Notes: a model not told the origin generated them from the letters alone. Numbered from the stretch's first letter, positions 39,977 to 50,878 are shown. The stretch: DNA of 64,000 nucleotides from Phycisphaerae bacterium (GCA_963675765.1 OY776568.1:347558-411557); one strand, 5' to 3'. A program made the numbers and translations.

Positions 39977-40654
39977 TCAGTTTTCTGCCTCGCCAGCCTT
40001 TTTCAGTTTCGTTTTGGACTGGCGCACAAAAAGGAGCCCGTTTGGGGGCCCCGGAATACTTCCCTTAACAAGAAGTAGATTATTCTCTGTGTCGACGGCT
40101 ACGAGCTGAAGGCAACGCTGCGTAACCCTTGCATCACCCATATGCCCGGCCATCTTCTTACCTTTACGGATACCGCGACCGGTACCAAGGTTAGCGTGAC
40201 CGCCAATGCTGCCTGGGCTACGATGCTTCCTCTCCACACCGTGGGAAGCAAGCTGACCGCCAAAGCCCCAGCGGCGCATCACGCCAGCAAAGCCGCGTCC
40301 TTTTGTGCAACCGGTGACGTCGACGTAACCGACTTCGGAGGCCGCGAACTGCTCCACCGTAACTACATCACCCAAGCCAAGTTCTGTGGGTGCCTCAAGG
40401 CGAACCTCACGGAGGACTCTCTTGGGGCCCGTGCCGGCCTTTCCAGCATGGCCGATCATCGGCATAGTCGACCTGTGGGGCTTGACATCTTCAAAGCCAA
40501 GCTGGACGGCTTCATAGCCATCGGTGTCTTTGGTCTTGACCTGCACTACAGTACAGGGGCCACCCTTGACGACCGTAACCGGAGTAACCGCACCAGAAGG
40601 GTCAATCACTCTAGTCATGCCAACTTTTCTGCCAATAAGGGCCGGTATCATCAA
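39977..40654 (-). CDS. rplC: 50S ribosomal protein L3
   Basis: GRKVGMT...KGRGFAGVMRRWGF...RKGKKMAGHMG. Confidence 0.97.
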   Translation of the reverse strand: MMIPALIGRKVGMTRVIDPSGAVTPVTVVKGGPCTVVQVKTKDTDGYEAVQLGFEDVKPHRSTMPMIGHAGKAGTGPKRVLREVRLEAPTELGLGDVVTVEQFAASEVGYVDVTGCTKGRGFAGVMRRWGFGGQLASHGVERKHRSPGSIGGHANLGTGRGIRKGKKMAGHMGDARVTQRCLQLVAVDTENNLLLVKGSIPGPPNGLLFVRQSKTKLKKAGEAEN

Positions 40655-40800
40655 TCAACCACCTTGCCAGAACGACACTTAAGCTTCCCAAAGATCCGAC
40701 GCTGCCGAGTCTCCCCGGAGACCTAAACACACACCTAGGGACCGCATGAACGATCGAAGATCGAACGCCCAAGCGTCGCTAGGACAATTCACCAACCGAG

Positions 40801-41112
40801 CTAAGTTCTGATCTTCACAAAAACACCCGCGGGCACTACCAAGCGGTTAAGTGCTTCGATCGTTCGAGCGGTTGGCTCAGAAATCTCGATAAGGCGTTTG
40901 TGCGTACGCATTTCAAACTGCTCACGAGACTTCTTGTCGATGTGCGGGCCACGAAGAACGGTGTACCGTTCCACCCGTGTGGGCAGAGGAACCGGACCAA
41001 CAACACTGCCAGCCGTTCGCTTCGCGTGCTCCACGATTTCGTTGGCCGAAGCGTCGAGCGTACGGTGATCGTACGCCTCCATCCGAATCCTGATCTTCTC
41101 GCTAGCCACCAC
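40801..41112 (-). CDS. rpsJ: 30S ribosomal protein S10
   Basis: [10 protein letters not shown]...GPVPLPT...[15 protein letters not shown]. Confidence 0.98.
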   Translation of the reverse strand: MVASEKIRIRMEAYDHRTLDASANEIVEHAKRTAGSVVGPVPLPTRVERYTVLRGPHIDKKSREQFEMRTHKRLIEISEPTARTIEALNRLVVPAGVFVKIRT

Positions 41113-41361
41113 AGTCGCTTACCTCTCGCGGGTTAACATCGAAAGAACCTCGGCGAACTTCGCCAGAGCATGGCGAGAATACCTTCTTTAATCCGGTTGT
41201 CAACTGAGTTAAGGCACAAAAACTTCTCTCGCTCGCAGCAGTTCCCGGACGCTCCTGTTCGACATAGATCCCGCGTGATGCATGCTGTTTGCCCTACTTT
41301 AATCATGGTGGTGTGGGCAAACTCCTGGCCGACCTTAAATGGCTTGAAAGGCTTCGCTATA

Positions 41362-42315
41362 CTACTGAGCAGGTCGGAAGCCGGCGAGCTTGTAGAGGTA
41401 GGCCTGGAACCCATGGTCGAAGGCTTGAAGATCATCGGTGATATAGGCACGAAAGACAGCTTCACCGTAACTGGTATTGGCAGGCTCCGGAGCCCTGATC
41501 TTCGCCGCCTGAGCTATCAATGGCATGTCGCCGGAGACAATCCCCTTCATGAGTTCGTCGAATCCAGCTGAATACTTGCCGCCTTCGCCGTGCCGGATGT
41601 AAACGAGCATCGCCCATGCCTGGGCGTAGTATGTCTTGGTAACCTGCGAACGACCTCGCACTATTACCTGGCCGGCATCTGTAGCCAGCATCTCCTTCAG
41701 CGGAATGATAGAGCCGACAGACAACGCTTCCCTCAGCGCGTTCAAGCGAAACGTGTTGCGTTTGGGAGTGAAGACCGGTCGGTCACCCGCCAACTCGTAG
41801 GACTCGCAGTAAGTAGCCAACCCCTCGTTCACCCAAGCAGGCAGCTTGACATCGAAGAAGTTGGCGAAGTATTGGTGCATGCCCTCGTGAGCCAGTACCG
41901 ACAAGGTGTACATCCGGCGCAGGTAGTAAACAACACACAGGTTTCCCTCTGCGAATCCGCCTGCGGAGATCTGACGATACACAGGAAACCGCTGGGGAAA
42001 ACGTTGGCGCGTGAAGCTCTCCCACTGTCTTCGAGTATCGAAAACATAGGTTTGGAGCCGCCTCTTCTTATCAATCGGCGCGGGAAGAAGTGAGTTGTAT
42101 TGAGCAAAAGAAGTTTCGAGGAATCCAGGAAGAGCCTGGGCGAATTGGGTGTCTCGCAAAGTTGTGTAGATGTCGAAGTGGTCCGTCTGGAAACGAACCG
42201 CCTCTCTCCCCTCAAAGGACCAAGCGTCTTGAGAGAAGGCGACAGGTTCATCCTCACGTTTGGGATTGCAGCCCACCACTGCTATCAGACAACATAACGC
42301 CGCTGCTTGAACCAA
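41362..42315 (-). CDS. DUF1570-like zinc metallopeptidase lipoprotein
   Basis: Lipobox VVGC; HEGMHQ...PAWVNEGLATYCE (HExxH...E gluzincin pattern). Confidence 0.8.
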   Translation of the reverse strand: MVQAAALCCLIAVVGCNPKREDEPVAFSQDAWSFEGREAVRFQTDHFDIYTTLRDTQFAQALPGFLETSFAQYNSLLPAPIDKKRRLQTYVFDTRRQWESFTRQRFPQRFPVYRQISAGGFAEGNLCVVYYLRRMYTLSVLAHEGMHQYFANFFDVKLPAWVNEGLATYCESYELAGDRPVFTPKRNTFRLNALREALSVGSIIPLKEMLATDAGQVIVRGRSQVTKTYYAQAWAMLVYIRHGEGGKYSAGFDELMKGIVSGDMPLIAQAAKIRAPEPANTSYGEAVFRAYITDDLQAFDHGFQAYLYKLAGFRPAQ

Positions 42316-42715
42316 TCGCTCTTTGATGATCCACCACCTTCCGCAAGAAAATCCGGCACAATCCCATCAGCTCGTATAAGGCAAACGCCTGCCGGCAGAG
42401 GCTGGAGCGAATTCCATTCGAGTTTGGCGTCTGGCCCCCCGGTTTTCTCCGGTGGTTTTTTACTGCTTGACGCTGCCTTCGGACGAATGCCGCTCCATAC
42501 TTCGCACAGTGTTCCTGCAGTACGCAACTCCAGAAGAAGGTTACGAGCGAGATCGTGCCAGGTCAACCGATGAGACGAGTAGGCCGGCAATGCCGCCGTG
42601 TTTTCGCAGTCCAATTGTGCCACATCGGCTGCAGCTTGCGTCCGAAGCCGAATCGCCTATTCTGGCGGCGTGAATACGCAACACTCACTACGGCGATAGG
42701 AGGTTTCACCACGCT

Positions 42716-43702
42716 ATGTCATCCGAGAAGCAGATTGAGAAAAACGTGATAATCGGATCAGGGCCATCAGGCTGGACAGCCGCAATCTACTCAGCTCGTG
42801 CCAACCTTGATCCGGTGCTGTTTGAAGGCGCCATTGCGAGCGGCAGTGAGATGATCCCGGGCGGTCAGCTGATGTTTACAACGGAAGTCGAGAACTACCC
42901 TGGTTTTCCCCAAGGGATCGACGGCCCGCAGATGATGGCTGCATTTCGCAAACAGGCGGACCGCTTCGGAGTTCGCGTGGCAAGAAAAAGCATCGTAAGC
43001 GTCGATCTATCGGAGCCCCCTTTTTCGCTTACAGATAGCGACGGCAGTGAGACTCTTGCTCACTCGGTGATAATCGCAACTGGCGCCTCCGCCAAATGGC
43101 TCAATCTGGATTCTGAGCAACACTTCCGCAAAGCGGGCTTGGGTGTCACGGCTTGCGCCACATGTGATGGAGGCATGCCGCGTTACCGCGATGTGCCGGT
43201 TGCAGTTATCGGTGGTGGTGATTCAGCCATCGAGGAGGCAATGTTCCTCACCAAGTTCTCAAACCCCGTTTACATCGTTCACAGGCGCGATCAACTACGT
43301 GCTAGCCAGATAATGCAGAAGCGTGCTCTCAGCCATGAGAGGATAGAGGTCGTGTGGGACTCAGTCGTAGAGGAGGTTCTGGGCGACGATGAGCAAGGTG
43401 TCACAGGTCTAAGGCTACGTAACACGAAAAGTGGCGAGATGAGTGAGTTGAAGGTGAACGGCATGTTCCTTGCCCTTGGACATACACCGAACACTCAGTT
43501 TCTGAATGGGCAGTTGAAAACAGATGACGCTGGCTACTTGGTGCTCAAGGACGGTGGCCGATCAATGACTGCGATCGAAGGCGTCTTCGCCGCGGGAGAC
43601 GTTGCCGACCCGCACTACCGCCAAGCAATAACGGCGGCGGGTATGGGATGCCGTGCAGCGATCGACGCTGAGAGATGGCTTGCTGCGAGGGGCATTGAGT
43701 AA
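42716..43702 (+). CDS. trxB: Thioredoxin-disulfide reductase
   Basis: IIGSGPSG, CATCDG, GGGDSAIEEA, FAAGDV...RQAITAAG. Confidence 0.97.
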   Translation: MSSEKQIEKNVIIGSGPSGWTAAIYSARANLDPVLFEGAIASGSEMIPGGQLMFTTEVENYPGFPQGIDGPQMMAAFRKQADRFGVRVARKSIVSVDLSEPPFSLTDSDGSETLAHSVIIATGASAKWLNLDSEQHFRKAGLGVTACATCDGGMPRYRDVPVAVIGGGDSAIEEAMFLTKFSNPVYIVHRRDQLRASQIMQKRALSHERIEVVWDSVVEEVLGDDEQGVTGLRLRNTKSGEMSELKVNGMFLALGHTPNTQFLNGQLKTDDAGYLVLKDGGRSMTAIEGVFAAGDVADPHYRQAITAAGMGCRAAIDAERWLAARGIE

Positions 43703-43727
43703 GCGCTTTCAGGAGGATTTTGTTGTC

Positions 43728-44769
43728 TAGAGTATTCACCGATCACGTGTAGCGTATCCACAGCTAAGGAAGTAGTTGGTGCATTCTTCGGGTTCTACCT
43801 TGTGGAATGCGTTAGCAACGGCGCGGATAAGTTGGCTGATCTGTCTTGGTCCGTCTCGACGTAGATATGATTTGATCTTTGACCATAGGTTCTCAATTGG
43901 GTTCAAGTCAGGCGAGTAAGGTGGCAGGTACAACAGTTCGGCACCGACGTTCTGTATCGACTCCTCGATTCCGCTGACCTTGTGAGATGACAAGTTGTCC
44001 ATTACGACCACGTCACCAGGTCGTAACGCTGGAGCCAGACAGTGTTCAACGTAACCACGAAACACAGTAGCATCTGTTGGCCCATCGAATAGCATGGTAG
44101 CCTCGGGAATAACGCCCGTACAGCGCAAGGCGCTGATCATCGTATTGGTTTGCCAGTGCCCATGAGGAAGGTCAAAACGACATCTTTCGCCACACATAGA
44201 CCGTCCATAAAGACGGGTCATGTTCGTTTTTGCACTGGATTCATCGAGAAAAATGAGCTGTTCTATAGGAATACCCTGTAAGCGGTGGGTAAACAGCTTG
44301 CGAGCAGCCACTACATCTGGGCGGTGCTGCTCGGAGGCAATCAGAGACTTTTTTTAAAAGTCAGACCAATCCTTTTCAGTGCTCGATGAGTTGCCATCAC
44401 GCTGCAATTGATCCCCAATTCTTCTTTCGCCCATACACGCAACTCTTCCAGCGTTGCGTCAGGCTGAGCAGATACCTTTTTATGCAACTTATCTAACGCA
44501 GCCTCATCGAACTTACTGCGCCGATCGCCACCGCAAGGCCGTGGAGCCAGTTCGCCATCTTCACGAAACCGTTGCTTCAGCCTTCGAATCCACGCGGGAC
44601 TGACACCGAAGCGGTCCGCTACGAATCTGGTTCCTTCGCCGCGATTACACGCAGCGAGGATACGTCGTCGAAGATCCATAGAATATGCTTTCATCACTAG
44701 CCTCCATGCTTGAATGAAAGCATAACAACTAGTGCACAATCGCGCTAGACCTGAAAGTTAAATGCTCTA
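43728..44769 (-). mobile_element. IS630-family insertion sequence (1042 bp); transposase split into orfA 44341..44739 and orfB 43736..44311 by a -1 frameshift
   Basis: orfA is an HTH (MKAYSMDLRRRIL); orfB has a DDE core (FLDES, VMDNLSSHK, LPPYSPDLNPIE). The junction TTTT-AAAAAAA-G gives ...TFKKKSLIASEQHRPDV after a -1 shift. TA is present at both ends with 26-bp imperfect TIRs. Confidence 0.92.
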
Positions 44770-44784
44770 AAGCAAGCTCTATTC
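44768..44784 (-). repeat. MITE terminal fragment sharing its TA with the IS630 end
   Basis: TAAAGCAAGCTCTATTC is 1 mismatch from the MITE arm TAGAGCAAGCTCTATTC. Confidence 0.6.
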
Positions 44785-45408
44785 TGAAGGGCAACGCGTG
44801 AGCCGCCAGCTGTTTCCATACCTGATTGTTGGATTCATGAGTCCGACCGGCCTCATGGCCTAACAAAGGCTGTGAGTAGCCGAAGGCAGTCGTCCTCACA
44901 AGACGCTGGTGTAGTGCCTCCTCGCGTCACTTATGCTCATGATCGCGTCATCAACCTCAGCTGTGATTTGGGTAACAGCTTCTTGTCGTTTTGGCGGTAG
45001 TTTGCGGAGTTTCGGCAGGAGTGTCGAACATCGCTCCGAGCCCCGTGTCTGCAAAAAAACCTTCCTTAAGGCAGACAATTGCCCGCATTATCTGTGCAAT
45101 TCGATTATACTCATTGTTGTCAGTGATTATGTAGGCCACGACAAACCTGAGTGTAGACAGGAAGTGGCGCGCTTGTCGCATGAGCAGCTTGTACGCAGAG
45201 TTGAGTGAGGCGGGAATACTGATCAAGGGAAAACCATTAGCGTAAGCTTCATTCAAGTGTAGGGTCCGAAGCAATCTCCGGTGAACTTCCACTGTTTGAC
45301 ATTGCCCCTGGACCGTTGATATCTCAGCTACCAAGCTTGTAGTCGTATTTCAGGTTAGAGCACGGCCAACCAGGCCGGAAAAGCTTACGAGAATGAGGAG
45401 AGTGGCCC

Positions 45409-46074
45409 ATGTATACCTCCGATTCCCTAATCAGCGTACTCATCATTGACGATCATGCCGTATTCCGCGAGGGGCTCGCAGCGCAGATCAACGCCGAGCC
45501 GGACATGACGATTGTGGGCGAGGCAGCCGATGCTGACGCGGGCATTGACGAAGCGACACGGACGAGACCCAGTATAATTCTAATGGATATAGATCTTCCT
45601 GGGCTGAGCGCTTTCGCCGCTGCGGACACAATAGTAGCCCAACTGCCTGACGTGCGCATTATCTTCCTTAGTGCCTTCAGCAACGAGGTCTACATTGCTC
45701 AGGCACTCCAGGCCAAAGCGTGGGGATATATAACCAAGAGCGAACCCTTCACGACTGTTAGGCAAGCCATCAGGGATGTAGCGAAGGGCTGGGTGCATTT
45801 CTCCAATGAGATCAAATCGCGCATGGTCAACGCCCCTGAAGGTCCGCGTCTTGCGGCAAAAACAACATCGCGCGCTTCACGACTGACTCTGCGCGAGGTG
45901 GAGTTGCTCCGTTACGTAGCCAAGGGCATGTCAGTCAAGGAGATAGCCGGGATTATGCACATCAGCCCGAAGACTGTGGATAACCACAAGACCAGTCTCA
46001 TGGGCAAGCTTGATATACATGACCGCGTAGACTTAGCAAGGTTCGCCTTCCGCGAAGGTATTGCCACGCCTTGA
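45409..46074 (+). CDS. NarL/LuxR-family response regulator
   Basis: REC domain (IIDDH, LMDIDLP) and C-terminal HTH (LTLREVELL...ISPKTVDNHKTSLMGKLDI). Confidence 0.96.
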   Translation: MYTSDSLISVLIIDDHAVFREGLAAQINAEPDMTIVGEAADADAGIDEATRTRPSIILMDIDLPGLSAFAAADTIVAQLPDVRIIFLSAFSNEVYIAQALQAKAWGYITKSEPFTTVRQAIRDVAKGWVHFSNEIKSRMVNAPEGPRLAAKTTSRASRLTLREVELLRYVAKGMSVKEIAGIMHISPKTVDNHKTSLMGKLDIHDRVDLARFAFREGIATP

Positions 46075-46090
46075 GCCGCAAAGCGTTGGA

Positions 46091-46465
46091 TCAGGCAACC
46101 TCGGCGACTTGATGATGTTCATCAACCCACAACCCAATTACTTCTGCGTGGCCGTATCGCTCGCGGAGTAGTCGTACGGCAGCGCGAACATGCTGTTCCT
46201 GTGAGGGTCGACCGGATGGATTGGCAGCGCAGTCGTGATGGCCAACCACAGCGACTTGGCGAGAATCGTGCCTATCCATGGACACCTCCAATCTTCGCAG
46301 AACGCATGCCGCTCTCTCCCCCCCGCCGTGCTCGGCAAGGATTCGATTCACGCCCGGTTCTGTAACGCTGTCGACATACTCGACGCTGAAACGAGTACGA
46401 AGGTAGTTAATCACGGGCAGCTGTGCCCGCCCGTCTATGCAGTTCACGGCTGTACAAAAACTCAT
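46091..46465 (-). CDS. Small beta-carbonic-anhydrase-like protein
   Basis: CIDGR and HHDC zinc-ligand motifs. Confidence 0.8.
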   Translation of the reverse strand: MSFCTAVNCIDGRAQLPVINYLRTRFSVEYVDSVTEPGVNRILAEHGGGERAACVLRRLEVSMDRHDSRQVAVVGHHDCAANPSGRPSQEQHVRAAVRLLRERYGHAEVIGLWVDEHHQVAEVA

Positions 46466-46488
46466 TTGTCCCCAATCCTGCACGCTCC

Positions 46489-46582
46489 TGGAGCAAGCTC
46501 TATTCAAGTGTAGCTCTGAACCCCGGTGTTCTCCGGTGGATTCTCACTGTTTGGCGCTGCGTTTGGACAAGCAACACTCTCA
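46489..46582 (-). mobile_element. MITE copy (inverted)
   Basis: TGGAGCAAGCTCTATTCAAGTGTAGC arm plus the internal CCACCGGAGAACACCGG core on the minus strand; the far end is degenerate. Confidence 0.7.
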
Positions 46583-46709
46583 CAGACGACCTATGCGCAC
46601 AACACACATCATGCAAGGTCTCACTAGAATACCCTATCCACGGAGTTCCTTGCAGCATCCTCCCAATTAAAGGGCGATAGGATAATGGCTGCGCAGTTCA
46701 AGGCAACCC

Positions 46710-46803
46710 CAGAGCAAGCTCTATCCAAGTGTTGCGATGGACCCAGGTTTTCTCCGGTAGATTCGCGTGTTTGGCGATATGCTCGCACATGCAACGGTAA
46801 AAA
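46710..46803 (-). mobile_element. MITE copy (inverted, far end degenerate)
   Basis: CAGAGCAAGCTCTATCCAAGTGTTGC arm plus the CTACCGGAGAAAACCTGG core on the minus strand. Confidence 0.68.
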
Positions 46804-46994
46804 GTGCATTCAAAGTATCGTTCGGATGCGATGAACACGCTGGCTTCGTCGGCTCCGTGAAAAGCCAGTTAGACATTGTGCGACCGAAGAACTCGCTTGC
46901 CGTATAAGATGTCGTGCGAAGGATTAGGGCCGCTGCGAACTGCATTTATACACAGGACCGTCAGCGGACGACCAACATCCGAAGGAGAAAGCTC

Positions 46995-48782
46995 ATGCCA
47001 AGAGACATCCACTTCAAACGGCTCACGTTTACGGTTCTACCGATTGTCATGTTGATCATGCTATTCCCGTATAGCGCTTTTGCCGCCTCCAACAACAGCC
47101 AAGCCAAGCTTGCGGAGGCGCGCGATGCATTGAAGGCTCCGCAGAAGAAACTGGATCTTGCCAATCGTCTGTTGTTGGAACTGATTGAGGAGCACAAGAC
47201 AGACTTCGACTCTGTCGATCTGTGCCACATCTATACCTACTTGGGATACATCGCCGACCATCGCGGCAAGCGACAAGAGGCAATCAAATGGTACGAGAAA
47301 GCGGCAAGCATGGAGGGAGATCGGTTAAGGTGGATACGTGAAGTCGCCAAAATAGGCCTGCGACAGCCGGTGACCTGGATTCGTCATCTGGATGCGGCAA
47401 ACTCAGAGGGCGCCAGGCACAGCAACTGGAGGAACAGCGTTATTGACCGAATCGACGAGGGTGTTGTCGTGACAGAGCAGCCTCCGCGAGACTTGAAAGT
47501 ACAGCAGCACCTGTCGCAAGAAGATATGCGGGCAAACTTCAGTATTCTCTGTCGAGCAATCGAGAGGTATTTCTCGTTCTTTGAGCACAAGCGTATTGAC
47601 TGGCCGTCGGTAAAACGCGCCTGCGAAGAAAAGGTATCCAACTCCAAGACTGCTGAAGACTTTTACATCACGATGGAAGAATTCATGAGAGAACTTCGCG
47701 ACTCACACTCCTGGTTGTGCAACTTTCACTCAAAGCCGCCGAGGGGGCAATATGGTCCCGGGTTTGAGACACAGTTGGTAGAGAAGCAGGCAGTCGTCAC
47801 GCAAGTAATGTCAAGATCGGATGCTGAGCAGGCCGGCTTACGACCGGGAGCCATCATCACGGCGATCGATAGTCACTCTGTCGCAGACATGATCGACTGC
47901 CTCCGGGTCCAGCTCAAGGTGTTCTCCTCAGACCGTGGTTTCTACGATGCGGCCTATCGTGAAATACCAATGGGTGAGCGCAATAGTGAATGTCGAGTCA
48001 CATTCAAGGCCTCGCCGGACGCTGCCGCTCAGACAGTCGCCCTTTCACGCACACATCGACGCCAAGATAAGCCACAACCGCAACCTTTCGTGAGCATGCG
48101 CGGCGAGTATGTCTGGAGTGGGCAGCATCCATCAGGCCTTGGCTATATACGTATTCTGTCGTTCACCGGGCGAATGCAAGTGGCCAACGAGTTCGACCGA
48201 GCCCTCGAATCGCTACGAGAAGCTCCGGCTTTAATAATCGACATCAGAGACAACCTGGGCGGGTTCGGAACGGGACAGGAGCGTATCGTAGGTCGCTTTC
48301 TCTCACAAGCATGCCCAGTAGCCATTTCCTTCCAGAGGAGCGTCGGCGCGAGCGACTTCATAAGCCACACAACAACCTTTGCACCGGCCGGTTCTTGGCA
48401 ATATCACAAACCAGTCGTCCTGCTGCTCAACTCGCGAACAGGCAGTGCGGCCGACCTTTTCGCCACTTACTCCATAAGTACCGACCGCCCAATTGCAGTC
48501 GGTACGACAACACATGGAAACCTCACCGGAGTAGGCGTCTATGCCGTGCTACCGTGCAACCTGGTTGTCAGGATATCCAATGGCTATGTCTGTGATGCCG
48601 ACGGAAGAATAATCGAGGGGCAAGGCAATCAACCTCAGGTTTTCGTGGAGCAGACAATCTCTGACCTTGCAGCGGGCCGCGACACCGCACTCCTACGAGC
48701 AATTGAGCTTCTGCAGCACGAGGTTGAACGGACCAAATCGTCATCTGCGGAGCCCGAGACAGGCGAACAGGACAACAAGTGA
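46995..48782 (+). CDS. S41-family (tail-specific) peptidase with PDZ domain and N-terminal TPR-like segment
   Basis: RBS GAAGGAG and signal peptide; LIIDIRDNLGG, TGSAADLF, GTTTHG, IEGQGNQP. Confidence 0.88.
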   Translation: MPRDIHFKRLTFTVLPIVMLIMLFPYSAFAASNNSQAKLAEARDALKAPQKKLDLANRLLLELIEEHKTDFDSVDLCHIYTYLGYIADHRGKRQEAIKWYEKAASMEGDRLRWIREVAKIGLRQPVTWIRHLDAANSEGARHSNWRNSVIDRIDEGVVVTEQPPRDLKVQQHLSQEDMRANFSILCRAIERYFSFFEHKRIDWPSVKRACEEKVSNSKTAEDFYITMEEFMRELRDSHSWLCNFHSKPPRGQYGPGFETQLVEKQAVVTQVMSRSDAEQAGLRPGAIITAIDSHSVADMIDCLRVQLKVFSSDRGFYDAAYREIPMGERNSECRVTFKASPDAAAQTVALSRTHRRQDKPQPQPFVSMRGEYVWSGQHPSGLGYIRILSFTGRMQVANEFDRALESLREAPALIIDIRDNLGGFGTGQERIVGRFLSQACPVAISFQRSVGASDFISHTTTFAPAGSWQYHKPVVLLLNSRTGSAADLFATYSISTDRPIAVGTTTHGNLTGVGVYAVLPCNLVVRISNGYVCDADGRIIEGQGNQPQVFVEQTISDLAAGRDTALLRAIELLQHEVERTKSSSAEPETGEQDNK

Positions 48783-48787
48783 CCAGG

Positions 48788-49720
48788 TTACTCCCAAGTG
48801 CCTTGTTGCCAAACCATTTCTGCGGTTGGGTCATCCAGGTATGGATTGACCGTTCCGGGAAAGCCGTAGAGTATGCTAAACCCGTTGACCGTCAGAGTTT
48901 TGGAGCATACGGGAATGGCATGGCCGTCAAAGAAGAGTGTGTTGGTTAAACCATCTGCCCTCTCTTCTCTTACCTGCGCTGCCGCCTGTTCCCGCTCATC
49001 AGAGTCTATGTAGACCCTCAGTGATCCGCGTTTGAAGTGGGGGGCAAAATGGGGTAACGCCTCTCCGCTCCACCCTGACTGGTACGGTCCTTCCTGGCTG
49101 AAGCCGGCGAAGGGGAGAGGCGGAGCCGGCCTGTACCACGCATCCGCCGTCATCCACTCTTTGGATGGCTGCGGAATGGCTTCGAGCAACTGAGGCGCAA
49201 GTGAAGAGCCAGTAGCAACCGAGTACCCAAAGTAATACTGTGGATCCGTGGAGCGAATACTTGTTCCTCCCCATTGGTTGAGCGCATAATTGAAAGGAAA
49301 GATAGTGCGGGAACTGAATTGCGAGAAATGGATATCCGGTACGAGATTCTCTGTAGTTGGACAGACGATTAGACGGTCCACCTCGTCTCCAACAACTTCG
49401 CGAAGCCGATGCCCTAGTTGTCTCTGTATGAAGTACTCTGCACTGGCCGGACTCGCGCTGTGCGTCGCATAACCTTCTACCGTCTGGTGCTGGTACACGG
49501 CTGGATGCAGCGGGCCAGGCAAGCGGCCCTCGTACAGGTCAGCGTAAGTGGCTATGGCCACGCCCAGACTCTGGAGGTTGGCTAGGCAGACTTCGCTTCT
49601 ACTGCATTTGCGCGCCGCCTGTAAAGATGGCGCCAAAGCCATGCAGAGCAGAGATATCATGGCCAACACAACAACAAGCTCCACCAGGGTCAGTCCGTAA
49701 GCTCTATTTCTGTTCGACAT
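48788..49720 (-). CDS. Prepilin-type N-terminal cleavage/methylation protein (DUF1559-like)
   Basis: YG|LTLVELVVVLAMISLL class III signal, ARKCSRSEVCLANLQSLG, and C-terminal TNTLFFDGH. Confidence 0.9.
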   Translation of the reverse strand: MSNRNRAYGLTLVELVVVLAMISLLCMALAPSLQAARKCSRSEVCLANLQSLGVAIATYADLYEGRLPGPLHPAVYQHQTVEGYATHSASPASAEYFIQRQLGHRLREVVGDEVDRLIVCPTTENLVPDIHFSQFSSRTIFPFNYALNQWGGTSIRSTDPQYYFGYSVATGSSLAPQLLEAIPQPSKEWMTADAWYRPAPPLPFAGFSQEGPYQSGWSGEALPHFAPHFKRGSLRVYIDSDEREQAAAQVREERADGLTNTLFFDGHAIPVCSKTLTVNGFSILYGFPGTVNPYLDDPTAEMVWQQGTWE

Positions 49721-49750
49721 CTCCACGTCTCGCATTGGTTGTTGGGGCTA

Positions 49751-50878
49751 TCAACTGCCGGTAAAGGCAACCTGGAAGGCTGCAAAATCAAAAAGATCGA
49801 TGCGGCCATCATCATCCACATCGACTGCTGCGCACGGTTCGGTGAGATCACTGCCAGCAGCCGGTCCGCTGATGCAATCTACAAGCGCCGTCAGATCCAT
49901 GTAATCAACATCTCCGTCTGAATCCGAATCGAATACGGAAGATATCATCACTCTCACGCTGTCGGTGATGAAGCCGCAGTCAAGAGGAAAGAGTCGCACG
50001 AGGGCGGGGCCAGGTTGAACCCATTTAGGGATATCCCAAGTAAGCGAACCATCGCCAATCGCAACATCCGGATAACCGCAGGAGTAGAAGTCGGCGGCAA
50101 TCACTACCTGCATGTCCCCGACCAAGTTTCCACTGTTCCAGTTTACAGCCATCGATGAACCAGCACGCCAATGGCTGCCATCTGCGGGATCAGTGATCTC
50201 CAAGTATTTGGCGGCAGACCCGGAGATTTGGAAAGGATCGCTTTCACTATCGACGTAGAGAGTTCTCTCCGCAACGCGGATGGAATAGTCCGAACTATCA
50301 CCCAAACCGGGACACAGCGACCAAGAGTATGATCCATCGCCGACGGGTACCGTGGCAATGTGTGTGTGGAACTCGCCATTCTCGTAGAGGTCGAGGTCGA
50401 TTTCGCCGTTGGCAAAATCCGAAGACCAGGCAATGGCCTGCGTTGACCCGGCGGCCCAGTTTTCGCCAATAGTTGGCGAGAGCACGGAAAGGCTGCCGGC
50501 CGTGGCGGGCAGGATTGTGAACGGAGCGTCGCTAGCATCGTTGATTGTGTCGCCGTCGGTATGGCTGCGCAGGATGATCACTCCATTGGTGGCAGCGAAA
50601 TCGGCGGCGATCGGCCAAGGGAATTGCCCCTCGATCATCTCGACGGTAGCGAGATATCGGTAGTTCGTAGACCCGGCCCCGTGACACCAAATATCTACAT
50701 CTCCTGATGGTTCTACAGCACTCCAAGTGATGGTATGAAGAGTATCAGCTGTCCAGACTTCACTGCCGTTGGGTGAGGTCACCGTGATGGAAACGGCCTG
50801 GAGAGTTAGGGCCGGTACAGCTAGCGCCACTGCGAAGGTGAATGGGAAATACCTACCGAACCACCAGCTCTTGCACAT
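49751..50878 (-). CDS. Secreted protein with three Ig-like (Kre9/GPI-anchored-type) repeats and a dockerin-like tail
   Basis: Repeats ITVTSPNGSEVW / LSVLSPTIGENW / LEITDPADGSHW; paired DxDxDGxxD EF-hand motifs at the C-terminus. Confidence 0.8.
   Translation of the reverse strand: MCKSWWFGRYFPFTFAVALAVPALTLQAVSITVTSPNGSEVWTADTLHTITWSAVEPSGDVDIWCHGAGSTNYRYLATVEMIEGQFPWPIAADFAATNGVIILRSHTDGDTINDASDAPFTILPATAGSLSVLSPTIGENWAAGSTQAIAWSSDFANGEIDLDLYENGEFHTHIATVPVGDGSYSWSLCPGLGDSSDYSIRVAERTLYVDSESDPFQISGSAAKYLEITDPADGSHWRAGSSMAVNWNSGNLVGDMQVVIAADFYSCGYPDVAIGDGSLTWDIPKWVQPGPALVRLFPLDCGFITDSVRVMISSVFDSDSDGDVDYMDLTALVDCISGPAAGSDLTEPCAAVDVDDDGRIDLFDFAAFQVAFTGS

Noticed and set aside
25219-41571. Many plus-strand ORFs over the ribosomal operon (e.g. 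35686..36672, 37985..38956)
   Set aside because: Antisense to highly conserved ribosomal genes, with no protein motifs.
44957-45334. 125-aa ORF between IS630 and the LuxR gene (also 42285..42623)
   Set aside because: No recognisable domain or RBS; both lie in likely promoter regions.
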